Assembly: GCA_963783305.1 (NCBI GenBank)
Contig: CAWAMW010000015.1
Coordinates: 32,001-96,000 of the forward strand
Origin: an uncultured Gemmatimonadales bacterium
GTDB taxonomy: Bacteria; Gemmatimonadota; Gemmatimonadetes; Longimicrobiales; RSA9
Length of the DNA: 64,000 nt
Direction: 5' to 3'
Positions 8,788-18,113 of the stretch are shown here, one piece after another. Position numbers and translations under genes: made by a program. The notes below the pieces were generated by a model. That model was not told the DNA's origin. It was given only the letters and a program-made list of their open reading frames with translations, and searched no databases. Within the stretch, counting starts at the first letter, position 1; the number at the start of each line of letters is the position of its first letter.

Positions 8788-9531
8788 TCATGGGTTCGGA
8801 GGCACCAGCGCGTCGTCCACGACGCGGCGAGTCTCCACACCCGTCAACCACGAAAGGAGCGGGAGGAAGACCGCGTAGCTGACGCCCTCCACGAGGGCAG
8901 GAAACGCGTTTTCGCCCCGGTAGAGGTCGGCGGCCAGAAGGAGCATTAGCCACAGGTATGACATGCCGACGATCGCCGTCGTCCCTCCAACGGATCCGAA
9001 GTCCCTCGAGAGCCGTCGTGCCGAAGTGTAACCTGGGCCTCGCCAGATCCACGGGAAGGTCGTACTCGACTGGCCCAGCTCGTCGGGCACGACCACCCCC
9101 AGGGCGGCCAAAGGCCAGAGTCGCGCCAGAACCGGCAGAAGAGCCACGGCGGCACCCGCCACCTCCGCAGCCGTCCCGGGCAGCCCCAGGAAGTCGCCCA
9201 GCATCCCGCCGAGGGTTCCGCCCACCGCGCCCGCCAGTGCCAGGAGCAGAAGAAGTACGAGCAGGTTCATCGCATGACTCGGCAGCCTCCGAAACGCGAG
9301 CTGGGCCACGTTGCGACCAGCGTGAAGGCCTTCGGAACGGGCGGCGGCGGCGACCACCAGAACGCTGCCCAGCACGGCCAGCGCAACCTCCTGAACAGCC
9401 GGCGCCGAGGGCGCACCAGCAAGCAACCAGACCAGCGCCGCCGCGGGCGCCATTCGCAAGTACGCCACGACGAACCGGCCGAGGCTCAGGTCGGGTGCCG
9501 AACCAGTCCGGGCGCTGGGCACCGTAGGCAC
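8788..9531 (-). CDS. hypothetical integral membrane protein
   Basis: About six hydrophobic segments; co-oriented with neighbours. Confidence 0.65.
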   Translation of the reverse strand: MPTVPSARTGSAPDLSLGRFVVAYLRMAPAAALVWLLAGAPSAPAVQEVALAVLGSVLVVAAAARSEGLHAGRNVAQLAFRRLPSHAMNLLVLLLLLALAGAVGGTLGGMLGDFLGLPGTAAEVAGAAVALLPVLARLWPLAALGVVVPDELGQSSTTFPWIWRGPGYTSARRLSRDFGSVGGTTAIVGMSYLWLMLLLAADLYRGENAFPALVEGVSYAVFLPLLSWLTGVETRRVVDDALVPPNP

Positions 9532-9539
9532 TCTCGGGA

Positions 9540-9815
9540 TCAGGTCCGGGGAACCATCCCCCGCCGCTCACGCAGCATCTCGAGCGTGGCCTGGACCTTC
9601 TCCTCCAGCGCCGTAGAAACGTCGTCGAGCGAAACTTCGCTCCCTTCGATCTCGACCACGAGAGGGTCCGGCTCGGTCTCATTCAGGTCCGCGATCTTCT
9701 CCCGCAGGTCCTCCACCTTGCCGAAGGCGAACACAGCCTTCTGCAGCCATGTGGCCTCCTGCTGGATCAGACGCATCTCTCGTCGTTGTTTCCGCTTTTC
9801 CTTGCTCTGGTTCAC
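9540..9815 (-). CDS. hypothetical helical protein
   Basis: GGAGG RBS, GTG start, charged helical sequence. Confidence 0.7.
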   Translation of the reverse strand: MNQSKEKRKQRREMRLIQQEATWLQKAVFAFGKVEDLREKIADLNETEPDPLVVEIEGSEVSLDDVSTALEEKVQATLEMLRERRGMVPRT

Positions 9816-9942
9816 TCCGCCTCCATTGAGTTGATCCGATGGGTCGACTCTGCTCCTACCAACGAGAGCCCCTGAAGGTCCGAGCGCCGATCCACTCGAC
9901 CCGGGGTTCGGGCGAGACGCCCGGTCGCCATGCCTTCACTAA

Positions 9943-9957
9943 CGGCAATCCTGATGC
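9943..9957 (+). promoter_or_regulatory. sigma54-like -24/-12 promoter motif upstream of the transposase-like ORF
   Basis: CGGCAATCCTGATGC; GG at 9944-45 and GC at 9956-57, canonical spacing. Confidence 0.4.
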
Positions 9958-10011
9958 CGCCCATGCCCTTTCAGCCATTCCCGTGCCCCGCCGGGGAGCA
10001 CACACTCGCGC

Positions 10012-10857
10012 ATGGCCAACGACCTCCTTTCCACAGCAGCCGCGATTTCGTCGCGGAGCTGCCCACGATGCGCCTGTCCGCGCAGCCACCGCTGGGGACG
10101 ATTCTCGAACCGGCAGCGGTATCGGTGCCTCGGCTGCCAACGGACGTTCAGCACGTTTACCGGCACGGCGCTCCATTATCTGAAGAGGATCGATCGGTGG
10201 CCAGAGTTCTGCCTCGCGATGCAGGGAACGGAGACCATCCGAAGGACCGCGGTCCGGCTGGATATCCATCGTGACACCGCCTTCCGCTGGCGGCACCGAT
10301 TTCTCGCGACTCTGGGTCGCGGCGAGTCGGTGCTTTTGTCGGGAAACGTCGCGGCAGGAATGATCCGGTTCAGGTACACCCGAAAGGGCGCCAGAGAGCC
10401 CGGCCCCGAAGCCATGGGTGGAGTGACCCGAGGAGATGTCCAGGCATGGGTCGCACTGGCACGGGACCACCGGGGTGCCGCCATCAGCGCAGTCACGATC
10501 GCCCCCGGCATCGGCGTGACCCACCTCGTCGAGGCGCTCACGGACCGTGTAGCGCCGGGTGCCGTGCTCCGAAGCCGCGAGGGACCCTACTCCTGGACGG
10601 CCATCTGCGCTCGGCGCATGCGGCTGCGGTTCGAGTCTTTGCCGCGTCACAGACAGTCGCCGCACGACCCGGAGCAGATCGCTCTCTATGCGCTCCGAAT
10701 CCGAAAATGGATGGTCCGGTTCCGGGGCGTCGCGACCCGGTACCTGGCGCACTACCTCGTCTGGTTCCGCGCAGCCGATGCCGGTTGGCGGACGGATCGC
10801 TGGGACTGGTCGGCCGTCGCTCCCGGCGTCGGTGGGGGAATCGAACGGGGAGAGTAG
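10012..10857 (+). CDS. IS1595/ISXO2-like transposase derivative lacking catalytic residues
   Basis: Zn ribbon CPRC...RQRYRCLGCQRTFS, HTH IHRDTAFRWRHRFL and C-terminal RFRGVATRYLAHYLVWFR are retained. The expected VEADET, xxDG and HIQNVN segments read VAAGMI, RSREG and HDPEQI. Confidence 0.8.
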   Translation: MANDLLSTAAAISSRSCPRCACPRSHRWGRFSNRQRYRCLGCQRTFSTFTGTALHYLKRIDRWPEFCLAMQGTETIRRTAVRLDIHRDTAFRWRHRFLATLGRGESVLLSGNVAAGMIRFRYTRKGAREPGPEAMGGVTRGDVQAWVALARDHRGAAISAVTIAPGIGVTHLVEALTDRVAPGAVLRSREGPYSWTAICARRMRLRFESLPRHRQSPHDPEQIALYALRIRKWMVRFRGVATRYLAHYLVWFRAADAGWRTDRWDWSAVAPGVGGGIERGE

Positions 10858-11027
10858 AAGCGTCGAGCCGGCCATCGTGGCTTCCGCTCCGCGCGCCCCC
10901 CCGGGTGCGCAGGGTGTCCGTCCACAGGTTCTGCCGGACGGTAGATCCAGGGGGTGGATCGCCACCCTCGTTCGTGCCCGCTATTGTTCGGACCGCGGAC
11001 GGCGTCTTTCGCTGCTAATATCGCTGT

Positions 11028-11170
11028 TTGTCAGCGGGAATTGTGGGCCGGCAGCAATATCGGGGGAGCGGTCGGGACGAAGGCAGAGTTCAGGGGGGCG
11101 GCCCCGGATTCTCAGCGCCTGCCGCACATTCCTCTACGCGCCAACAGTTCCTGCCGACAATCTCAGAGGG
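11028..11170. repeat. inverted-repeat-bounded element (MITE/REPIN-like), copy 1
   Basis: TTGTCAGCGGGAATTGTGGG (11028-47) and CCAACAGTTCCTGCCGACAA (11141-60) are 16/20 complementary; the same motif recurs at 28201-28288. Confidence 0.7.
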
Positions 11171-11222
11171 TCGGGGCCCGAGGACCCGGCTGTAGCATTT
11201 CCCATCGTCTGGGGCGGCGCCC

Positions 11223-11555
11223 TCACCGACCCGCGGGGTCTTCTTCCCTTATCATCACGAGCATCATCTTGAACTCCACCCGCGCCTCCAAGCCGTGAGG
11301 CACACTGGCGGGCAGCGTCATCGTCTCGCCCTTCCGGACGGTGTGCGGAGTCCCTCCCACCCTTATCTCCGCCTCCCCGTCGAGGATCACGACCAGGGCC
11401 TCATACGGAGAAGTATGCTCCGTCAGCCCCTCGCCTTCCCCGAACGCGAAGAGCGTAACGTTGCCACCGCGCCGACCTAGAATCTTACGACTCACCACCG
11501 ACCCGGGCTGATACGATACCAGCTCCTCCAGCACGTTCACATCGATATCACTCAT
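11223..11555 (-). CDS. cupin domain-containing protein
   Basis: VTLFAFGEGEGLTEHTSP...LPASVPHGL cupin motifs. Confidence 0.9.
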   Translation of the reverse strand: MSDIDVNVLEELVSYQPGSVVSRKILGRRGGNVTLFAFGEGEGLTEHTSPYEALVVILDGEAEIRVGGTPHTVRKGETMTLPASVPHGLEARVEFKMMLVMIREEDPAGR

Positions 11556-11673
11556 GACCCACCTTCTGCCCTTTCCGCGCCGGCTGGCGCCATCAAGCGA
11601 AGCCGCTTCAGTCCGCTAATTCTGAGCCGTGGCTCCCGGGAAGGCCAGCGTCGTCCGGGTATATTCCACGGGG

Positions 11674-11699
11674 CGTGAGGTCGAGCGCTCGACCTCACG
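11674..11699. promoter_or_regulatory. perfect 26-bp palindrome in the cupin/S9 peptidase divergent intergenic region
   Basis: CGTGAGGTCGAGCGCTCGACCTCACG, just downstream of a TATATT -10-like hexamer. Confidence 0.45.
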
Positions 11700-11770
11700 T
11701 CTGGGATTGCCGGAGCCCCGCCCTGACTCCATGTTCTCGGCAGGTAACCTCCCGAAAGGAAAATCTCGCC

Positions 11771-14005
11771 ATGCGATCAGCTCTCCGCGGGCTCCCCTTC
11801 CTGATCCTTATCACAGCCTGTGCCGGGAGTCGCGTCGGCTCCGGTGCTGGCGTTCCGATCTCCTCCCGAATCGTGGACCAGTCGGTCGACCGCGTCACTG
11901 CGGCCGACTACTCGCGCGCAGAACGCTTCCTGCCTGCCAACGTCTCGGGTCTGGTCCTGCACGAACCGAGGGAGATCTCCTGGGTCGGCGGTGGGGATCT
12001 CCAGTACCTGACCTTCAGCGAGGCGGGCATCGAGCGAGTCCTGGTCGATCCGGCGACGGGGACAGTGGAGCGAACCCTCGTCGGATCGCCCGCGGACACG
12101 GCGGCCGGAGGGAGTGCGCCGGGGATCCCGGCCCCTGACGGCGATGTGGACCGATCCATGGTGGTCTCCCCTGATGGATCGTTCGGGGCCTTCCGTCGCG
12201 AGCACGACCTCTGGATACGAGAACTGCAGACGGGGGCCGAGCATCGTCTGACCGAGGGGGGAACGGCGGAATTCGGATACGCCACGAACAACGCGGGCTG
12301 GGTGCGAAGCGACCGCCCCGTTCTGCGCTGGTCCCCCGACTCACGCCGGATCGCGACGTTCCGCCACGACGCCCGTGGTGTCGGCGAGATGTACCGCGTG
12401 TCCACGAACGTGGGACACCCCACGCTGGATGCGTGGGCGTACCCGCTCCCGGAGGACACGGTGATTTTCCGGATCGAGCGGCTCGTCATTGACGTGTCCG
12501 ACCCGTCCGCACCGCGGGTGGTGGAGTTCAACATGCCGGCGGATCCGCACCGCTCGTCCGTATGCGATCACGTGTACTGCGACGGAACGTTCACCGACGT
12601 GGAGTGGTGGCAGGACGGATCGCACCTGGCGTTCGTATCCTCCTCTCGCGACCACAAGCGCGCGACACTGCGTGTCGCGGATGCGGAAACGGGAGCGGTG
12701 CGGACGGTGCTTGAAGAGCGGGTCCCGACCTTTTACGAATCCGGTCACAACGCCTACAACTGGCGCGTGCTGCCGGAGAGCGACGACGTGATCTGGTATT
12801 CACGCGAGAGCAACTGGGGGCATCTCTACCTGCACGACCTGCGTACGGGTGATCGCAAGCACGCGGTCACGGCGGGCGATTGGAACGTCCTCGAGGTGGT
12901 CCGGCTGGACTCCCTCTCCCGCACCGCGTGGTTCATCGGCAACGCGCGGGAGCCGGGCGATCCCTATTTCGAGTACCTGTACCGCGTCGGGCTCGATGAC
13001 GGAGAGGTGATGCTCCTGACGCCGGACAGCGCTATGCATGAGGTCTCCCTTTCCCCGGATGGCCGGTATTTCGTGGACACGTACTCCACGCCCGTGAGCC
13101 CTCGGGTCACGGTTCTGCGGGACGCGTGGACAGGGGAGGTCGTGCAGCCGCTCGAGCGCGCCGACGCATCCCGCCTCTACGCAACCGGTTGGCGGCCGCC
13201 GGTCCCATTCTCCGTCACTGCCCGCGACGGCGTCACACCGCTCCACGGGCTCCTCTACCGTCCGACCTCCTTCGATTCGTCCAGGACATACCCGGTGATC
13301 AACTATATCTACCCGGGACCGCAGTCTGGAAGCGTGGGGACCCGGGGCTTCAGCCCTTCACGGCGAGATCACCAGGCGGTAGCGGAGCTCGGGTTCGTCG
13401 TCGTCACATTGGACGCCATGGGTACGCCAATGCGGTCCCGCAGCTTCCACGAAGCGTACTACGGCGACCTCGGTGACAACGGGCTGCCCGACCAGGTGTC
13501 CGCGATACGGCAGCTGGCATCACGGCACGCCTGGCTGGACCTGGACCGGGTGGGGGTTTGGGGCCACAGCGGGGGCGGATTCGCCGCCGCCGGGGCGATC
13601 TTCCGGTATCCTGACTTCTACAAGGTGGCGGTGAGCGAGGCCGGCAACCACGACAACCGCAACTACGAGGACGACTGGGGCGAGAAGTGGCACGGCCTCC
13701 TGCAGGCGCGACACGACGGCGGCACGAGCTATGACACCCAGGCGAATCAGCTCCTGGCCGCCAATCTCAGAGGGAAGTTGCTGCTGGCGCACGGCCTGAT
13801 GGACGACAACGTGCCGGCCTCCAACACGCTCCTCGTGGTACAGGCGCTGATCGAGGCAGACAAGGATTTCGACCTGATCGTATTCCCCGAAGCCCGGCAC
13901 GGCTTCGCCATGCACCCGTACATGATCCGGCGTCGCTGGGACTACTTCGTGGAGCACCTGCTAGGCGCAGAGCCCCCTACGGACTACGCGATCGGCGAGT
14001 ACTAG
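11771..14005 (+). CDS. S9B family dipeptidyl peptidase IV-like lipoprotein
   Basis: Lipobox ITAC; DPPIV N-terminal propeller; GHSGGG, DDNV and RHGF catalytic triad motifs. Confidence 0.92.
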   Translation: MRSALRGLPFLILITACAGSRVGSGAGVPISSRIVDQSVDRVTAADYSRAERFLPANVSGLVLHEPREISWVGGGDLQYLTFSEAGIERVLVDPATGTVERTLVGSPADTAAGGSAPGIPAPDGDVDRSMVVSPDGSFGAFRREHDLWIRELQTGAEHRLTEGGTAEFGYATNNAGWVRSDRPVLRWSPDSRRIATFRHDARGVGEMYRVSTNVGHPTLDAWAYPLPEDTVIFRIERLVIDVSDPSAPRVVEFNMPADPHRSSVCDHVYCDGTFTDVEWWQDGSHLAFVSSSRDHKRATLRVADAETGAVRTVLEERVPTFYESGHNAYNWRVLPESDDVIWYSRESNWGHLYLHDLRTGDRKHAVTAGDWNVLEVVRLDSLSRTAWFIGNAREPGDPYFEYLYRVGLDDGEVMLLTPDSAMHEVSLSPDGRYFVDTYSTPVSPRVTVLRDAWTGEVVQPLERADASRLYATGWRPPVPFSVTARDGVTPLHGLLYRPTSFDSSRTYPVINYIYPGPQSGSVGTRGFSPSRRDHQAVAELGFVVVTLDAMGTPMRSRSFHEAYYGDLGDNGLPDQVSAIRQLASRHAWLDLDRVGVWGHSGGGFAAAGAIFRYPDFYKVAVSEAGNHDNRNYEDDWGEKWHGLLQARHDGGTSYDTQANQLLAANLRGKLLLAHGLMDDNVPASNTLLVVQALIEADKDFDLIVFPEARHGFAMHPYMIRRRWDYFVEHLLGAEPPTDYAIGEY

Positions 14006-14044
14006 CAGGACCCCACGCGCCTGCAGCCCTGGGGTCGGCCGCCA

Positions 14045-16489
14045 TCACTCGGCCGACAAGACCCGAACCGGATCCAGGCTCGCGGCGCGGATCGCCGGGA
14101 CAGCGGCCGCGGCTCCGCCCGCGATCAGGAGCACGGCGGAGACACCGACGAACGTCAGCGGCTCGAGGGCGGGAACCCCGTAGAGGAGACCTTCGATGAG
14201 ACGCGTGAGGAACGCGGCAGCTCCCGCACCGAGGACGACCCCGACCGCGACCAGGACCATACTCTGCCGCAGGACCATGGCGGCGACGTTCCGGCTGGTC
14301 GCGCCCAGCGCCATGCGCAAGCCCATTTCCGGCAGGCGCCGACCTACGGTGAAGGAGACGACACCGTAGAGTCCCACCACCGCCAGGACAAAAGCGAGGA
14401 AGGCGAAGAGCGAGAGTAGAATGGCGACGAAGCGATCCGGGGCGATGGCGGCCAGGACCAGTTCGTCTATCGTCGTGATCTGACCGGCGGCCAGCGTCTC
14501 ATCCAGCTCGGAGATGGCACTGCGGACCGCCGGAACCAGGGTCTTCGGCGGCACACTCGTCCTCAGGACCGTGGCGGCGTACCCGGCGGGGGCCTGGGCG
14601 TACGAAGAGTAGGTCGCCACCCTGCTGTCCTCACGGACGCCGAAGTTCCTGATGTCGGCCGCCACGCCCACGATCTCCCGCCAGGTCGGGTCGATCGAAC
14701 TCCCGAAGTTTATCCTTTGCCCCACCGGATCCTGACCGGGGAAATGGCGGCGGGCGAATGTCTCATTGATAATGAGCACGGGCGGGGCACTGCCGTCATC
14801 GGTGGCCTGGAACGAGCGCCCGGAGACGATCCGGATCCCCATGGTCGAAAAGTACGCCGGCGTTACGCGGCGGAACCACGTCGCCAGCGTCTGACCCCGC
14901 TCGGGGATCGGCTCGCCCTCGATGTTGAAGCTGACATCGCTGTCGAAGCCGGTGAGCGGGAGCGTGCTGGTCAGCCCCACGCTCACCACGCCCGGGAGCG
15001 CGGCCAGCCGCTCTTCGATAACGTCGTAGAAGGCCCTCCGCTGATCATCGGTCTCGTACTGCTCGCCCGGCAGGCTCAGCTGCAGGGCGAGGATGTTGGA
15101 TGGCTGGAACCCGAGGTCGGTGGTGCGCAGGTTCCGGAAGCTCTGCACCAGCAGACCGGCGCCTATGAGGAGGATCAGCGCGAGCGCGACCTGCCCCACC
15201 ACCAGAGCATTCCGGGCACGCGCCGTCCCGCGCCCGACGGAGCGTCCGCGGCCGCCCTCCCTCAGCGCGGTCGCGGCGTCCTCCCGGCCCGCCCGTATTG
15301 CGGGCACGAGTCCGAATATGACGCCCGCCACCATCGTCACGAGCGCGGTCACCGCGAGCACCCGCCCGTCCAGCCTCACCTCCTCGATCCGTGGAGTCCC
15401 TTCCGGAGCCATAGCGACCAGGAGGTCGGTCCCCCAGCTGGCAACGAGCACGCCGAGGGCGCCGCCCGCGACGGCCAGCAAACCGGCCTCCGTCAGCATC
15501 TGCCGTACGATCCGGCCCCGGGGAGCGCCCAGCGCCGACCGCACCGCCAGCTCTTCCCGGCGAGCGGTGGACCGGGCGAGCAGCAGATTGGCCACATTCA
15601 CGCACACCACCAGCAGCACGAAGCCCACGGCGGCCAGGAGTACGAGAAGCCCGGTCCTCGCCTCCGACACTACGTCGTCCCGGAGTTCGATCGCGTCAAA
15701 CGTCATGGCGACGTTCGACTCCGGATATCGTTGCTCGAGTCGCGCCCCGACCGCCCTCAGCTCCGCGTCCAGCGCCTCCATGGTCGTGGCATGGGTGCGG
15801 CGCCCCACGGCTCGCAGGTAGTAGGCGCCGCGGCGGACGGCCTCCTCGGACATGTCCGTTCGCAGCGGCGCCCACAGCTCCGCGTCCGGGACGAACGGCG
15901 GAAGGAACCGCGGGGGCATCACCCCGATCACTTCCCACGACTCACCACTGATCCGCAGCGTGCGCCCGATCACCGTCGGGTCTCCGCCAAATGCCCGCTG
16001 CCAGAACCCGTGCGACAGGATCAACGTCCCCTCTGACCCGGGATGATCGTCGTCCGGCCGGAAATTACGTCCCAGCTCCGGCTCGACCTTGAGCACGTGC
16101 GAAAACATGTCGTGCCCCACCGCCGCCCCGGTCAGCTGCTCGGCCTCACCCTCCCCCGTCAGGGTTCCGCGCCACCCTCCCCACGCCGCGAGGGCTTCCA
16201 AACCCGCCGTTTGTTCACGGAGATCGTGCAGATTGGCGTAGCTCAGCCACTCCTTGGACGGCTCGCCGCGCGCGCTCGCATCCGTCCACACGCTCACCAA
16301 CTCGTGCGATTCCGGGAACGGAAGGGGCCGGAACAGGATGCCGTCCACCACGCTGAAGATCGCCGTGTTCGCGCCGATCCCGAGCGCGAGCGTAACGAGG
16401 GCGACCGTGGTGAAGACCGGGTTCCGCGACAGCTGGCGCAGTCCGAATCTGACGTCCTGTCGCAGTACATCGAGGCGGGTAGGCTCCAT
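14045..16489 (-). CDS. ADOP-type duplicated ABC permease (MacB/FtsX domains)
   Basis: TLALGIGANTAIFSVV, CVNVANLLLAR, GLYGVVSF..RRLPEMGLRMALGA. Confidence 0.92.
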   Translation of the reverse strand: MEPTRLDVLRQDVRFGLRQLSRNPVFTTVALVTLALGIGANTAIFSVVDGILFRPLPFPESHELVSVWTDASARGEPSKEWLSYANLHDLREQTAGLEALAAWGGWRGTLTGEGEAEQLTGAAVGHDMFSHVLKVEPELGRNFRPDDDHPGSEGTLILSHGFWQRAFGGDPTVIGRTLRISGESWEVIGVMPPRFLPPFVPDAELWAPLRTDMSEEAVRRGAYYLRAVGRRTHATTMEALDAELRAVGARLEQRYPESNVAMTFDAIELRDDVVSEARTGLLVLLAAVGFVLLVVCVNVANLLLARSTARREELAVRSALGAPRGRIVRQMLTEAGLLAVAGGALGVLVASWGTDLLVAMAPEGTPRIEEVRLDGRVLAVTALVTMVAGVIFGLVPAIRAGREDAATALREGGRGRSVGRGTARARNALVVGQVALALILLIGAGLLVQSFRNLRTTDLGFQPSNILALQLSLPGEQYETDDQRRAFYDVIEERLAALPGVVSVGLTSTLPLTGFDSDVSFNIEGEPIPERGQTLATWFRRVTPAYFSTMGIRIVSGRSFQATDDGSAPPVLIINETFARRHFPGQDPVGQRINFGSSIDPTWREIVGVAADIRNFGVREDSRVATYSSYAQAPAGYAATVLRTSVPPKTLVPAVRSAISELDETLAAGQITTIDELVLAAIAPDRFVAILLSLFAFLAFVLAVVGLYGVVSFTVGRRLPEMGLRMALGATSRNVAAMVLRQSMVLVAVGVVLGAGAAAFLTRLIEGLLYGVPALEPLTFVGVSAVLLIAGGAAAAVPAIRAASLDPVRVLSAE

Positions 16490-16663
16490 CGGTGCAGCTC
16501 TCCGGGTCGGATGATCGGTCCAGTGTATCGAGGGAGGAATCGTGCCCGCGCACGTCACACGCCGAACACGCTGGGGCCCAGGGGGATAGGGATTATGTCG
16601 GGCGCAGCGACCTGTTCGAATCCGGGACAACCCACCCCGGAACCGCGCTTTGGACGAGGGCCG

Positions 16664-16975
16664 TCAGGGGTCCCGGGCTGGGGGTGCCTCGGTACGGCCA
16701 CCGGCAGAGAGCCCGGCCAGGCGGTCGGGCCTCCGAAGCTCTTCGACGAAGTCGAGACGTTCTTCGATCCGGGCCAGCCGCGTCTCGAGCTCCTCGATCA
16801 CGACGCTGTCGAGCCGTACGCCCGACTCCAGTGCCTGCCGGCTGGCCTTCCGTTCGGCCGACATCTCCTTCAGCAGGTCGCCGAGATGCCGGCCTATGGG
16901 CGCCGCGATCGCCACGCCGGCTTTCCCCAGCGTGGTGATCAGGATGATCAGGAGTACGAAAGTGAATACGTCCAT
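16664..16975 (-). CDS. small membrane protein, TM plus coiled coil (PspB-like architecture)
   Basis: Hydrophobic N-terminus and LETRLARIEERLDFVEEL. Confidence 0.7.
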   Translation of the reverse strand: MDVFTFVLLIILITTLGKAGVAIAAPIGRHLGDLLKEMSAERKASRQALESGVRLDSVVIEELETRLARIEERLDFVEELRRPDRLAGLSAGGRTEAPPARDP

Positions 16976-17013
16976 AGGCCGCCTGCGCTCGGGTTCGGAG
17001 GGTGCCGGTGGGA

Positions 17014-18105
17014 TCAGCGGTAGATGGCGATGTCGACGCGCCCGTCGGCGTCGATGAATCCGCGGTACATGCCCGGCGTATTGAACATCATCACGATGTT
17101 CCCCTGCGAGTCAAGCCCTACGATCCCGCCGGTCTCCGGCTCCTGGGCCTCCAGCTGCTCCATGATCATGGCCCGCGCGGACTGCTCGAGTGTGATGTCC
17201 AGATACTTCATGCGCGCGCAGATGTCGTAGGCGACCACGTTGCGGATGAAGTACTCGCCCCACCCGGTGGCGCTGATGCCACAGCTCTCGTTCGCGTAGG
17301 TGCCCGCCCCGATGATGGGCGAGTCGCCGATTCGTCCCCATTTCTTGTTGGTCATCCCGCCGGTGGACGTGCCCGCCGCGATGTTTCCACGGGCGTCGAG
17401 GGCAATCACGCCCACGGTGCCGAACTTGGAGTCACGAACCTCGGCAGTCGGTGCGCCGTGTGCCTGCGACCCGCCGGCATCGGCCTGCTTCGCTCTTTGC
17501 AGCGCCTCCCACCGACGCTCCGTGTAGAAATAGGAGGGCTCCACCTGCTCGACCCCCTGCTCGGCCGCGAACGCCTCCGCCCCCGCCCCCGCCAGCATGA
17601 CGTGCGGAGAGTGGTCCATGACGGCCCGGGCCAGCCGGATCGGGTTTCGGATCGTCTCCACACCGGCCACGGCTCCCGCCTGGAGTGTGGACCCGTCCAT
17701 TATGCTGGCGTCGAGCGAGTTCGTACCCTCCGCCGTGAAGACCGCCCCCTTGCCCGCGTTGAACAGTGGCGAGTCCTCGAGTACGACGATGGTCGCGACC
17801 ACCGCGTCCACGCTGCTGCCGCCATCGCTCAACACCCGGTGCCCGGCCCGCAGCGCCTCCTCGATCCTGGAGCGATAGGCGCTCTCCACCTCTGGCGTCA
17901 TGCTCCCGCGCCGGATCGTCCCCGCGCCTCCGTGCATGACCAGGCCCCACTCGATCCGTGGGCCGTCCGTCACCGCCGTGGACGCGGGTCCCTGGGGTAC
18001 CGGAGTGGACTGTGGTCCGGCCGTACAGCCCGTGGCCACGCCCATCAGCAGGGCGAGGACGGTGCGGCGCGCAGGTCGGCCCGCGCGGATCAGGCGGATG
18101 TTCAT
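17014..18105 (-). CDS. iaaA: isoaspartyl peptidase/L-asparaginase (Ntn hydrolase), lipoprotein
   Basis: HGGAG, LEDSPLFNAGKG, GTVGVIALD, TSTGG, GRIGDSP motifs. Confidence 0.92.
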   Translation of the reverse strand: MNIRLIRAGRPARRTVLALLMGVATGCTAGPQSTPVPQGPASTAVTDGPRIEWGLVMHGGAGTIRRGSMTPEVESAYRSRIEEALRAGHRVLSDGGSSVDAVVATIVVLEDSPLFNAGKGAVFTAEGTNSLDASIMDGSTLQAGAVAGVETIRNPIRLARAVMDHSPHVMLAGAGAEAFAAEQGVEQVEPSYFYTERRWEALQRAKQADAGGSQAHGAPTAEVRDSKFGTVGVIALDARGNIAAGTSTGGMTNKKWGRIGDSPIIGAGTYANESCGISATGWGEYFIRNVVAYDICARMKYLDITLEQSARAMIMEQLEAQEPETGGIVGLDSQGNIVMMFNTPGMYRGFIDADGRVDIAIYR

Positions 18106-18113
18106 GGACTCTC

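Noticed and set aside
10012..10857. Active IS1595 insertion sequence
   Set aside because: Catalytic motifs are altered, and I found no enclosing left inverted repeat or target-site duplication.
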